Below the pieces are notes generated by a model. That model worked only from the letters and a program-made list of their open reading frames with translations, had not been told where the DNA came from and did no database searches. This document shows positions 52,928 to 61,051 of a DNA stretch of 64,000 nucleotides, piece by piece. The first letter of the stretch is position 1. Each line of letters opens with the position of its first letter. The DNA is taken from the IMG/VR virus record IMGVR_UViG_3300045996_002337, positions 285,661 through 349,660 of that record; one strand, 5' to 3'. Both the position numbers and the translations under genes were made by a program.

Positions 52928-53706
52928 AGAAATTCACACTGATATTGTTCGCGCCACGCGTAGTCGCTAATAGACTGCTTGATTAAATCCTTGACTGCTT
53001 GATCCCACTGCACGTCGGCAAAGTCAACTTTAAATGGCGCAAACAGATTGGCGCCTTTGTTAGCTTCTGTCCAAATCTTTGCAAACATGTTATGCTTCCC
53101 ATTGGGCGTTGAGTGGATGGAAAATGCGACACCACATGACGTGAGGACTGGAAGCATCAACATTGCAATATTCTGCTGATCGCTTGGTGACAAAAAAGCA
53201 AAATTATCAAGATGCAACCGTGAAATTGCCATGCCCCTAACGGCCCTCGTGCTGGCAGCCCTAAAGAGAATTCGCGAACTATTTTCAAAGACGATTTCAT
53301 CTTTAGAGGAATAGCGAACCTTAGGCATGAGAAAAGTTGGCAACTTACTTACAGCAAAGTTTGCGATTTCAGAGGCCGAGGCGGCCATTGAATTGGTAAC
53401 TGTACCAAAAACCTCACTTTTACAATCATGGAAGATTGCTTCCCATAGCATAAATGCAATTGCTACGGTCGTCATGCCCACCTGTCTTGGCGCCATTGAA
53501 ACAACCATATCATTGCGCAGCATGTGGCGAATGTAGTCTTCTTGGTATGGGTGCAATGGGAGCGGCATGGCACCCATCTTTGGGTGCAAGTACTGAAAGT
53601 AGTTCTTTATGAAGTAGATTGGATCTTTGGCACAGCGAAAAATTTCTTCAACTTGCTCACGCGACTGGTCAGGGGCGCGGCCCCGCTTGGAGATAATGGT
53701 CTTCAT
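52924..53706 (-). CDS. TerL ATPase-domain paralog with degenerate Walker motifs, no nuclease domain
   Basis: PRQVGMTT (K to M), LHLDNFAF (E to N), HSTPNG, ends QYQCEFL. Confidence 0.85.
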   Translation of the reverse strand: MKTIISKRGRAPDQSREQVEEIFRCAKDPIYFIKNYFQYLHPKMGAMPLPLHPYQEDYIRHMLRNDMVVSMAPRQVGMTTVAIAFMLWEAIFHDCKSEVFGTVTNSMAASASEIANFAVSKLPTFLMPKVRYSSKDEIVFENSSRILFRAASTRAVRGMAISRLHLDNFAFLSPSDQQNIAMLMLPVLTSCGVAFSIHSTPNGKHNMFAKIWTEANKGANLFAPFKVDFADVQWDQAVKDLIKQSISDYAWREQYQCEFL

Positions 53707-54284
53707 TGATTGTCCTCGAAGATGAAGTTCTTAATTGCGCCCACAGTGTGTTCATGTAAGAGAACTTCGAAGTGATTGGCTTTGACTTCTACCTTCTTCC
53801 CGAATTTTAGTGCGCGTTGACTTGATACAGCAACGACGCTGTCATTCGGTTCCGGTGATGTGGGCAGGTGCCCTCCAGTAGAAATGATACTGAGAGTCGG
53901 AGTAGTCAACATGAGATCACAGCATCGTCTAACATGCGGGCCGCGTGGAATGATATCTCCCAGCACGGCTAAGCTGCCCGGGATCCAGCGCAAAGCTGCA
54001 GCGGCCCGTGATCCATTTAGTGGAGATGATATCGTTACAAGCTTTGTGATTCGTTCAGGTTCATCAGCTGCCACTAAGGTCGCGATAACCCCGCCAAGTG
54101 AATGACCGACGAGGATCAATTCGCCAGCTGGTAACTGCGCGCGAACCTGTTCTATCGAAACTGATAGGGGCTGATGCGACAAATAATCCACCATGATCGG
54201 TGAATGCTGGGGCAGCTTGTTGACGATGTATCCAAAGGAACGGTGACTGGAATTCAATCCATGCACGAAGACAATTTGTTTCAT
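53703..54284 (-). CDS. Alpha/beta hydrolase (lipase/esterase)
   Basis: VFVHGL, LVGHSLGG, ISSPLNGS, NDSVV, ANHFEVL; late promoter at 54303-54308. Confidence 0.85.
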   Translation of the reverse strand: MKQIVFVHGLNSSHRSFGYIVNKLPQHSPIMVDYLSHQPLSVSIEQVRAQLPAGELILVGHSLGGVIATLVAADEPERITKLVTISSPLNGSRAAAALRWIPGSLAVLGDIIPRGPHVRRCCDLMLTTPTLSIISTGGHLPTSPEPNDSVVAVSSQRALKFGKKVEVKANHFEVLLHEHTVGAIKNFIFEDNQ

Positions 54285-54311
54285 AGAACCTCTCAGGTTC
54301 TATATTTACAG

Positions 54312-54911
54312 TCACCCGGCGATCAAATCTTCGTAATCCACGTCCTTGCGTACAGGAACGATAATAACGGAGTCACACAGCAGCGCGATTTCGGCGCCAG
54401 AGGAAATGGCTTTTGCAAGGTTGTCGTCATGCCAGGTGATCTCGTCAAGCACCTTCGCGGCCACACCTTCAGCCTCTTCCTCTTTACTAACTCGCATCAA
54501 GTTCTCAATGGTGCGGGCCCAACGCATGGTATCATAGATGGCTTCACCGTTGTGTTCACCCCACACAAATTTGAAGTCACCGACCGGAAAGACGTAGTGA
54601 AGCTGCCCGTAAAGACGGGCAGCGTTTTTATCGCCCGTCGCGAACAGGCCTTCAGATCGAACCTTGACGCCAAACTTCTTTTGAAAGTATGTGTCAAGAA
54701 GCCCATGAACGAACGGAGTAGAATCGCGTGGTTTGCGGTCCTTGCGAACTGTCACCTCACGGGCTCCTTTTACTAGAGAGGCAAAAGGGCCGCCGTAACC
54801 ACGATAGAGTGGTCGATTACCTGCTTGCTCAAGAAAAGGGGCGCATTTCTGACGGATATCCAGCTTTGAATCACCCGTGAGAAAATCCTTAAACGTTCGT
54901 AGACTCGTCAC
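54312..54911 (-). CDS. Putative capsid-internal protein, ADP-ribosyltransferase-like paralog A
   Basis: N-terminal TFKDFL; PLYRG, R..RxS, RSEGLFAT, YG..YVFP, late AEIAL; ART fold is inference. Confidence 0.55.
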   Translation of the reverse strand: MTSLRTFKDFLTGDSKLDIRQKCAPFLEQAGNRPLYRGYGGPFASLVKGAREVTVRKDRKPRDSTPFVHGLLDTYFQKKFGVKVRSEGLFATGDKNAARLYGQLHYVFPVGDFKFVWGEHNGEAIYDTMRWARTIENLMRVSKEEEAEGVAAKVLDEITWHDDNLAKAISSGAEIALLCDSVIIVPVRKDVDYEDLIAG

Positions 54912-55033
54912 TTTTTCTTTGTCCTGTAGCGGGTCTCAAGCACTCCAGCCCATTCAAGGAACTTGTTGCCTAAGTATGTTGTTGCGGCTGCCGCTGCCGC
55001 GCCCGCAATGATCTTTCCAATGAGGCGCAGCAT
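54908..55033 (-). CDS. 41-aa membrane peptide (MLRLIGKIIAGAAAAAATTYLG...)
   Basis: Manual translation; GTGA overlap with next gene. Confidence 0.45.
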   Translation of the reverse strand: MLRLIGKIIAGAAAAAATTYLGNKFLEWAGVLETRYRTKKK

Positions 55034-55036
55034 GGC

Positions 55037-55252
55037 TTACTTCTTTTCGTTTTGTTCTTTGAGGAGGGCGTTAATCCTGCCAATCAGGTCATTAACACGA
55101 ACCTCAGTTGTATTTTTAAGGCCTTGAGCCATTTGTTTAGCATCGTTCACACGAACATCAAGTGGCTTTTGCTCAAGAGCGCGTTTAACATGCTTGGTTG
55201 CAAAGTAACCAGCAACTGCTGCGCCAGCAGCGATCAACATTTTCTTCATCAT
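55037..55252 (-). CDS. Small membrane-anchored protein
   Basis: LIAAGAAVAGYFA anchor; AAGGAG SD. Confidence 0.6.
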   Translation of the reverse strand: MMKKMLIAAGAAVAGYFATKHVKRALEQKPLDVRVNDAKQMAQGLKNTTEVRVNDLIGRINALLKEQNEKK

Positions 55253-55313
55253 CGTTTCTCCTTAAGAGAGGTTAACTTCCGCGTTGTGCAGAATGTGCAT
55301 CTTCGTTATATCT

Positions 55314-56099
55314 TCAAGCCTTGAACATCTTATGGTTGCCATCAGGTGCTTCAACGCGAACATATTTAACGTTCTCGTTGGTATAAAAGATGACTACCCA
55401 TTGTGCATCAGCGGCTTTAATAAGTTCACGCTTTAGCTGCTTGCCCTTCTGGATTACATTTTCTGCTTCGGTAGTACCAACAAGCTTGAGTCGATCGACT
55501 GGCACCTGAAGAAGTTCAGCAGCTTGCCCCATCGCGCGCGTTTCAGTGGCACTCACCCGCTCTGAAAGCAGGTCGATGCCCACGAGCTGCTTTTGAAACT
55601 CAAGTGCAAAAGCTTCATTCCACATCTTGATGATTGGCTTTGGTGGCGACTGTGTGGTCCAAACTGGAATGCGATACGCAGTGGCACCTGGATTTGAAAG
55701 AAGAAGCTTAACGTGCTTGGCTGCAATCTTTTGAGCCAATTTGATTCGTTTGGCACCCTCGCCCTTGATGCCTAATTCCTTCATTCGCTTTGCGATATTT
55801 GTCGTAATCGCAAGATTCTTTAGAGTGGAATAGAGCTGGCCAATCCAGTGATTGCCGTTCATACCCATGCCACCTGGCCTGAAAGGACCAGGACGGTACC
55901 ACCCACTTCCAACTGGGGGTGGCGTGACAGGTGGAATTTCGGGCACGTCAGTTGGAGTTCCACCATCACCAGGCGATGACTCGCCACCATCGCCACCATC
56001 CTCTTCTGAGATCAGTAGGAGCGGCAAAAGGGCCTCGTAAACTTCAAGGTTTTTGCCCTCGAGAAGTGGCTTAGCAGTCAGCAGTTCTTGTACCAGCAT
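55314..56099 (-). CDS. Hypothetical protein, possible internal head protein
   Basis: MLVQELL...LLEG N-terminus; acidic Gly/Pro linker; late promoter at 56123-56128. Confidence 0.6.
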   Translation of the reverse strand: MLVQELLTAKPLLEGKNLEVYEALLPLLLISEEDGGDGGESSPGDGGTPTDVPEIPPVTPPPVGSGWYRPGPFRPGGMGMNGNHWIGQLYSTLKNLAITTNIAKRMKELGIKGEGAKRIKLAQKIAAKHVKLLLSNPGATAYRIPVWTTQSPPKPIIKMWNEAFALEFQKQLVGIDLLSERVSATETRAMGQAAELLQVPVDRLKLVGTTEAENVIQKGKQLKRELIKAADAQWVVIFYTNENVKYVRVEAPDGNHKMFKA

Positions 56100-56129
56100 G
56101 TTGTTATCCGTTGTTAAGGATCTATTTAC

Positions 56130-56864
56130 TTAGGTTTTGTACCAACCCTCAACCTTTTTGTTGAGGGTTTCCATGTCAAAAATTTCTGGCACGAGATACT
56201 TTTCTTTGGTATCTTCAAGGTGCTTTAGCATGCGTTGGCCAACAGGGTTCTGCACAGGAGAGTCATAGAAGTTTGTAACTTCCTTGAAGATCTTCAGCAT
56301 TGCAGCGTCGTCAAGTTCGCCCGGGTTGTTGTTCACTTCCTTGAAGAACTCAAATTTGCCTTTAAAGTACGCCTTATTGGCCCGAGAAACTTCATGCACC
56401 TTGTCAATGAACTCAGGGTTCACTTCACGGCCAATCTCTTCACCGCGCTTCTTTGCGCGGGCCTGGGCTACTTCAAGCTCTGTATCAACAAATACCATGC
56501 CGACGTCATAGCCAAGTGATTCAAGAATGCCTGCCCGGCCGAGGATGTTTGATGCATCGTTGGACGTACCATCGACGAACAGCGGCAGCATGCCGTTCAA
56601 ATAACCAGCGAGCGCGTTCTTTGTTAGGGGGCGGGTGCGGTCGCGGAAGAACGACTTCCATGTTTCGTCATTCGATGGCATGTCGAATTTCTTTGAAAGA
56701 AACTCAGTTGCCTTATCGGTGTTGACAACCTTCGGTGAAATTGGCCCTTGCAGCTTTGAGACAGTGTATGACTTACCTGCGCCCGGAATGCCAACAACGA
56801 AAACCGCTTTCAAAATGCCGCGGTCGTTGATGCTTTCGTCTAGAAATTGTTTGAACGTAATCAT
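56130..56864 (-). CDS. P-loop kinase (zeta-toxin/AAA_33-like) with capsid-targeting-like N-terminus
   Basis: MITFKQFLDES; AVFVVGIPGAGKS, VNTD, LFVDGT, ARAKKR. Confidence 0.75.
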   Translation of the reverse strand: MITFKQFLDESINDRGILKAVFVVGIPGAGKSYTVSKLQGPISPKVVNTDKATEFLSKKFDMPSNDETWKSFFRDRTRPLTKNALAGYLNGMLPLFVDGTSNDASNILGRAGILESLGYDVGMVFVDTELEVAQARAKKRGEEIGREVNPEFIDKVHEVSRANKAYFKGKFEFFKEVNNNPGELDDAAMLKIFKEVTNFYDSPVQNPVGQRMLKHLEDTKEKYLVPEIFDMETLNKKVEGWYKT

Positions 56865-57643
56865 GATAGTGGTTTGATAAATTCGCTGAATTGAATTGCA
56901 GGCACTGAAAGGTATTTACCGCTAAACCAGACCTCGTGCTGCTTTCCATCAAACTTGAAAGAGGATGGTGTCTCGAGCGCGACGCCCATACGATCGGGCT
57001 GAAAGATGTCAGGATATTCAGCGTGAAAATCAAGTAACCAGGCACCGCTAATTTTGCCAATGCGCTTGAATTCGGGCTTCGTTTGGTCAATCTTTCCATC
57101 GACCTCCAGACTGTTGAGAATCTGTTCCCACAGATTCTTCAAGTCTGCTGACAATGTTTGGGGCCCGTCTATGTGGAGAACGTCTTCAGCAATTGTTCGA
57201 ATGTAATAGGAAATGGTGCCGAGATTATTTGTTCGGTGTTCCGCAGCTTTAAATGGTCTAATGAAGTTAAAATCTACCTCTTTGGTAATCGCAAGCTTCG
57301 TCCCATTCACCGGAAAGATGGCATAAGTGTTATCTTCTGTCATTTCTGTGACTTCTGTGTCCATCGTAGTAGAGCAGAAGATTGACCTGTCGCGCTCTGG
57401 AAAATCGTTCCATGCTGGGAACGAGAAGATCCATTTGTGCATGGCGCCATTGCCAGACCGGCTGCGCGGGCGCACGCGCTCTGAAGAGTCGCGAACTCTA
57501 ATTGGTTCGTTCTTGCTAGCCGCCCGCCATAATGGGCGTGTCGGGGTCTTCCAATCGGAGCAGTGCTTCTTAAAGAACTCAAGCGCCTCCTCAGCAGAAA
57601 GGGTCCGATCTTCTTCAAGTAAAAATTCCTTGAATGTGATCAC
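56861..57643 (-). CDS. Putative capsid-internal protein, ADP-ribosyltransferase-like paralog B
   Basis: MITFKEFLLEE; PLWRA, RSRS, RDRSIFCST, YAIFP, HEVW. Confidence 0.55.
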   Translation of the reverse strand: MITFKEFLLEEDRTLSAEEALEFFKKHCSDWKTPTRPLWRAASKNEPIRVRDSSERVRPRSRSGNGAMHKWIFSFPAWNDFPERDRSIFCSTTMDTEVTEMTEDNTYAIFPVNGTKLAITKEVDFNFIRPFKAAEHRTNNLGTISYYIRTIAEDVLHIDGPQTLSADLKNLWEQILNSLEVDGKIDQTKPEFKRIGKISGAWLLDFHAEYPDIFQPDRMGVALETPSSFKFDGKQHEVWFSGKYLSVPAIQFSEFIKPLS

Positions 57644-58359
57644 TTCATTTCACCCATAAGTTGCTTCCACACATCCAGACGAAGCGCGACACACTTTCCT
57701 GAAACCCAGCACTCATGCGGTCCGTTCGGTGGGCGAGCGGTTGTAGTCAAGCGTAGGCGCATGTTTGTCTCAGAGTAGGCTTCTTGCAGTGCCTTTGCGA
57801 CGTCTAGCCCGCCAAATATATGAGAGAACAGCTCGCTATTAGGGTCTTCATAGTCTTGCATTGTTTCTTCAATGCCATTGACCATGTCCTCAAATGAGTA
57901 GTCTGGAATGTCAGCATCGCTAAAAATTTCATTCCATGATGAAAGTGATTGACTCGTGCTTTTGCCAATTTTAATTCGAGTGTGCCAAATATCTTCATCA
58001 GAAGTCACGCCAATCTTGACACCATCAAAAGGGATGATCGCGTAAACCTTACCATAGCTTAGTGCGTAGTCTTGATTGTCTGGGCTAGCCATGATGATGG
58101 ATTTGCTTCGAGCTGGGTAACCCTGTGATGGCAAAAATTCATCCATCACAACAGTGTAATGGTTCGTTGTGTTTGCAGAGCTGCGCCCACCCAACTCGCC
58201 CTGGATAATGTACGCCTCTTCTTCGGTCTTTCGGGAGCCACGCCAGAATGGACGCCTAATGTCCATGTCCTTGCAGTTCGCCTCAATGAGCTCGCGCGCC
58301 TTTTCGACGCTGATGTCTTGACGGTGTTTGGCTTCTCTTAAGAAGTCTTTGAATCTCAT
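57640..58359 (-). CDS. Putative capsid-internal protein, ADP-ribosyltransferase-like paralog C
   Basis: Real start MRFKDFLREA; PFWRG, RSS, RSKSIIMAS, YGKVYAIIP, HECW. Confidence 0.55.
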   Translation of the reverse strand: MRFKDFLREAKHRQDISVEKARELIEANCKDMDIRRPFWRGSRKTEEEAYIIQGELGGRSSANTTNHYTVVMDEFLPSQGYPARSKSIIMASPDNQDYALSYGKVYAIIPFDGVKIGVTSDEDIWHTRIKIGKSTSQSLSSWNEIFSDADIPDYSFEDMVNGIEETMQDYEDPNSELFSHIFGGLDVAKALQEAYSETNMRLRLTTTARPPNGPHECWVSGKCVALRLDVWKQLMGEMK

Positions 58360-58360
58360 A

Positions 58361-58627
58361 TTAGCTCGGCATGCTATAGCCTGCAGGAAGCAGGCTAGGG
58401 TTGTTGTTGGCAGCTGCGATGGCAACCTTCTTAGCGGCTGTTAGGGTTCTAGTAATTCTTCGGCCCTTTGATTTCATCCGCAGATCAAATCCCCCGCCTT
58501 TTGACGTAAGCTTGGAGATAGACCCAACTTGTTGATCGCCCGATTTGACGAACCACTTGAACTGATCATCAGGATCGGGCACAAATGTGAGCTTGGCCTC
58601 GCTCTCAAACAATTCTTGAACTCTCAT
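58361..58627 (-). CDS. Small putative internal head protein
   Basis: MRVQELFESE N-terminus. Confidence 0.55.
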   Translation of the reverse strand: MRVQELFESEAKLTFVPDPDDQFKWFVKSGDQQVGSISKLTSKGGGFDLRMKSKGRRITRTLTAAKKVAIAAANNNPSLLPAGYSMPS

Positions 58628-59097
58628 TTAACTTCCTTGACTTCAGCGTCAATGCTGATCATTCTCATGATTTCATCGCGGCTGGCAACCACGACGTTGT
58701 TTTGCGTTTTATTTGCAAATGGTACAAAGGCAGCGTTGCGCTTGCGTTCGCCTTTGACCTTTGCGCGAGTTGCTGCGGCGCTGAGGGCAATGTTCAGGTA
58801 GTTAGCTGCCACTTCGGCGTTTCTAGCTGCATACCGTGGCTCAATGATCTCGGTGTAGGCGGTCTGCTGGTTGAAGGCGTCGATCGCAGCTTGATAGACG
58901 GTATCAATCTTACCGTCAATCTCCTTGTCTTCCTCATCCTTCTCAGGCGGAGCTTCTTCACCTGACGCCATTTCAGCAAGTTCACCTTCAGTGATCTGCT
59001 CGTACTCATCTTTGTCTTCGTCGAGGCGAGTAGCCGGTGTATTGAACAGCTCGTCAAGAGGATTCGAAAGCATTGGGTTGTTTGATTTGATCGTCAT
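58624..59097 (-). CDS. Probable terminase small subunit (T4 gp16-like)
   Basis: Acidic N-terminus, EPR....EVAANYL helix pair, C-terminal QNNVVVASRDEIMRMI; sits in the packaging block. Confidence 0.5.
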   Translation of the reverse strand: MTIKSNNPMLSNPLDELFNTPATRLDEDKDEYEQITEGELAEMASGEEAPPEKDEEDKEIDGKIDTVYQAAIDAFNQQTAYTEIIEPRYAARNAEVAANYLNIALSAAATRAKVKGERKRNAAFVPFANKTQNNVVVASRDEIMRMISIDAEVKEVK

Positions 59098-59555
59098 TTT
59101 TTCTTACTCCTCTTTGGAACTTGTCGGAACATGCTCTTCTCCGTGATTACGCGGAACACGGCTCCTTGAGATTCTGCGAAGATGCTTGCCGCCTTCCACT
59201 TCGCTTGGTTTACGGCATACGCCATTTTGTCTCGCTCTGAGGAACCTGCCGTTAAAACAGATTCCTTCATAGGTTTAACCTCTACGATTTCCTTCTTGAG
59301 GTTTCCTAGATTGTCACGGTACATGATAATGAAGTCGGGAAAGTACCGTGAAATTTTAGGGCGACCATTTTCATCAATCTTGATTGGGTTGACGTATGGA
59401 ATGGCAAGCTCTTCAGAGCCCCAGCGCAGCACCGCGTTGTTCGTATCTAGCCACTGCATGAACCGTAATTCCCAAGATGAACGGAACATTATCTTGTTGA
59501 CATTGCCAACATACTTCTGGGGGTTCTTGGGAATGAATCTGCCGCCGTGCGCCAT
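59094..59555 (-). CDS. Head completion nuclease (T4 gp4-like, TnsA-type)
   Basis: GRFIPKNPQKYVG, FRSSWELRFM, WGSEELAIPY, RYFPDF, VEVKP, NQAKW. Confidence 0.9.
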   Translation of the reverse strand: MAHGGRFIPKNPQKYVGNVNKIMFRSSWELRFMQWLDTNNAVLRWGSEELAIPYVNPIKIDENGRPKISRYFPDFIIMYRDNLGNLKKEIVEVKPMKESVLTAGSSERDKMAYAVNQAKWKAASIFAESQGAVFRVITEKSMFRQVPKRSKKK

Positions 59556-59556
59556 G

Positions 59557-60960
59557 TTAATCCTCACCCCAAGCCGGTTTGGAATCTGGCACCCATGTTA
59601 CATGTCCCGTAGAACTTGTGACAAGTTGACCTGTTTCCTCTGCTGCTTCTGCGTGTCGGTTATTTACTACCGGCGGGGCTGATGGAAGATCAGCCGATCG
59701 AGTTACGCCAGAAACTGCGGTTGGACCACCTTCAGCGCTGTCAATGACGGTCGCGCTGTACGCGCGCACGGCCCCTTGATTGACCGCTGTCGACATACCA
59801 GAGGCCAGGTCGCGTGCGGCTGCGCCAATCACACCACCTAAAATGTTTGATGCCTGTGAGCCAATAAGCGAAGCAAAGCGGCCCTTACCTGCAACTGATT
59901 GCACGGCGCGGCTAATTGCGGTAGATGAAATTGACTGTGCCGCCCGGCCCACTTGATTTGTGATGATGTTAGCGAAGGGGCTTCCGCCACCAGCTTGCGT
60001 CTGCGCACTTTGATTTACACTCATGTCAACAGGGGCTCCGCCAACTCCAGGGACCGCGATGCTATAGGCTGGTCCATCCATTGTTGTCATTGCACCGACA
60101 TCGACAATTTCCATCCAGTCGTAGTCGAACTGCATGGTCATCAAGGAAACATCAGATGTTTCATGGTTAAGGTCATCAAGATCGAAGGACACAATGCGGG
60201 CATTCAAGAAGTCATAAATGACTTCCTTTGCAGAACCGCCTAATTGTGAACCCGGGTCAACGAACATCTGTTTCACGCGAATGGCGGAGATGACATTACC
60301 AACTTGACTGTCTGTTACCCCACGAATGGCGTTGTCGCCAGCTTTTGGATCATTTGGCGCCGAGAACATCATACCGTTGCCGGTTGAGAGGGTGTTAGGG
60401 TCTGGTGGTCTGGTGGTGCCTTCACGCAGAAGCTGACGTCGGGTAATTGGTGACTGCAGCATCATCAAGGCGCGGAAGAAGTTCAGCACTCGGTTGCCAG
60501 TATCATCCATGAACGTGATTGTCAATTCGCGGTGGCGAATACGCTTTAGCACCTTCGTGCGAAAGTTGTACATGTTGACGTCGTCTTCATACTCGAAGTC
60601 AATCTTGGGACGGTCAACTGACTTGACCATGAATGTAAAGTCGTTGGCCTTGGCACCACCGAAGATCGTAGGGAAGGCAGCCACTGCTTCAGGCGTAAAG
60701 ACAAATTCCACCTTGAATAGAAATTTGAGCTTTGGTCTGTAACTTGTTCCGCCTGCTAAAGCGTGTGCATACGAGCTGGCGTAAAAGGAACCATCACCGC
60801 GATTAAATGGTACTTGACCACCGGGTAGGGGCTGAGGTTGACCTAGAGCAGGTCCTAGTACTCCGCGGCTGAATGTTTCAACCGCAGCACCAAATTTGTC
60901 TGATGCTTCTTTTTCAAGAGCGATCTTTGTGCTGTCGAGGAAGGGTTTTAGGTTTGCCAT
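59557..60960 (-). CDS. Tail-tube-fold baseplate protein (gp48/gp54/gp19-like)
   Basis: PKLKFLFKVEF, VKSVDRPKIDFE, NMYN, ELTITFMDD, FDLDDLNHE; late promoter at 60985-60990. Confidence 0.7.
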   Translation of the reverse strand: MANLKPFLDSTKIALEKEASDKFGAAVETFSRGVLGPALGQPQPLPGGQVPFNRGDGSFYASSYAHALAGGTSYRPKLKFLFKVEFVFTPEAVAAFPTIFGGAKANDFTFMVKSVDRPKIDFEYEDDVNMYNFRTKVLKRIRHRELTITFMDDTGNRVLNFFRALMMLQSPITRRQLLREGTTRPPDPNTLSTGNGMMFSAPNDPKAGDNAIRGVTDSQVGNVISAIRVKQMFVDPGSQLGGSAKEVIYDFLNARIVSFDLDDLNHETSDVSLMTMQFDYDWMEIVDVGAMTTMDGPAYSIAVPGVGGAPVDMSVNQSAQTQAGGGSPFANIITNQVGRAAQSISSTAISRAVQSVAGKGRFASLIGSQASNILGGVIGAAARDLASGMSTAVNQGAVRAYSATVIDSAEGGPTAVSGVTRSADLPSAPPVVNNRHAEAAEETGQLVTSSTGHVTWVPDSKPAWGED

Positions 60961-61007
60961 GAAGGCCCCACAATGCTGATGCTTTATTTATGGGACCTGG
61001 AAATAAG

Positions 61008-61031
61008 AAGGGGATCCAGCTGGATCCCCTT
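61008..61031. terminator. Perfect 24-bp palindrome, probable terminator
   Basis: AAGGGGATCCAGCTGGATCCCCTT. Confidence 0.7.
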
Positions 61032-61051
61032 TCTATTATGCTATGAGCTTA

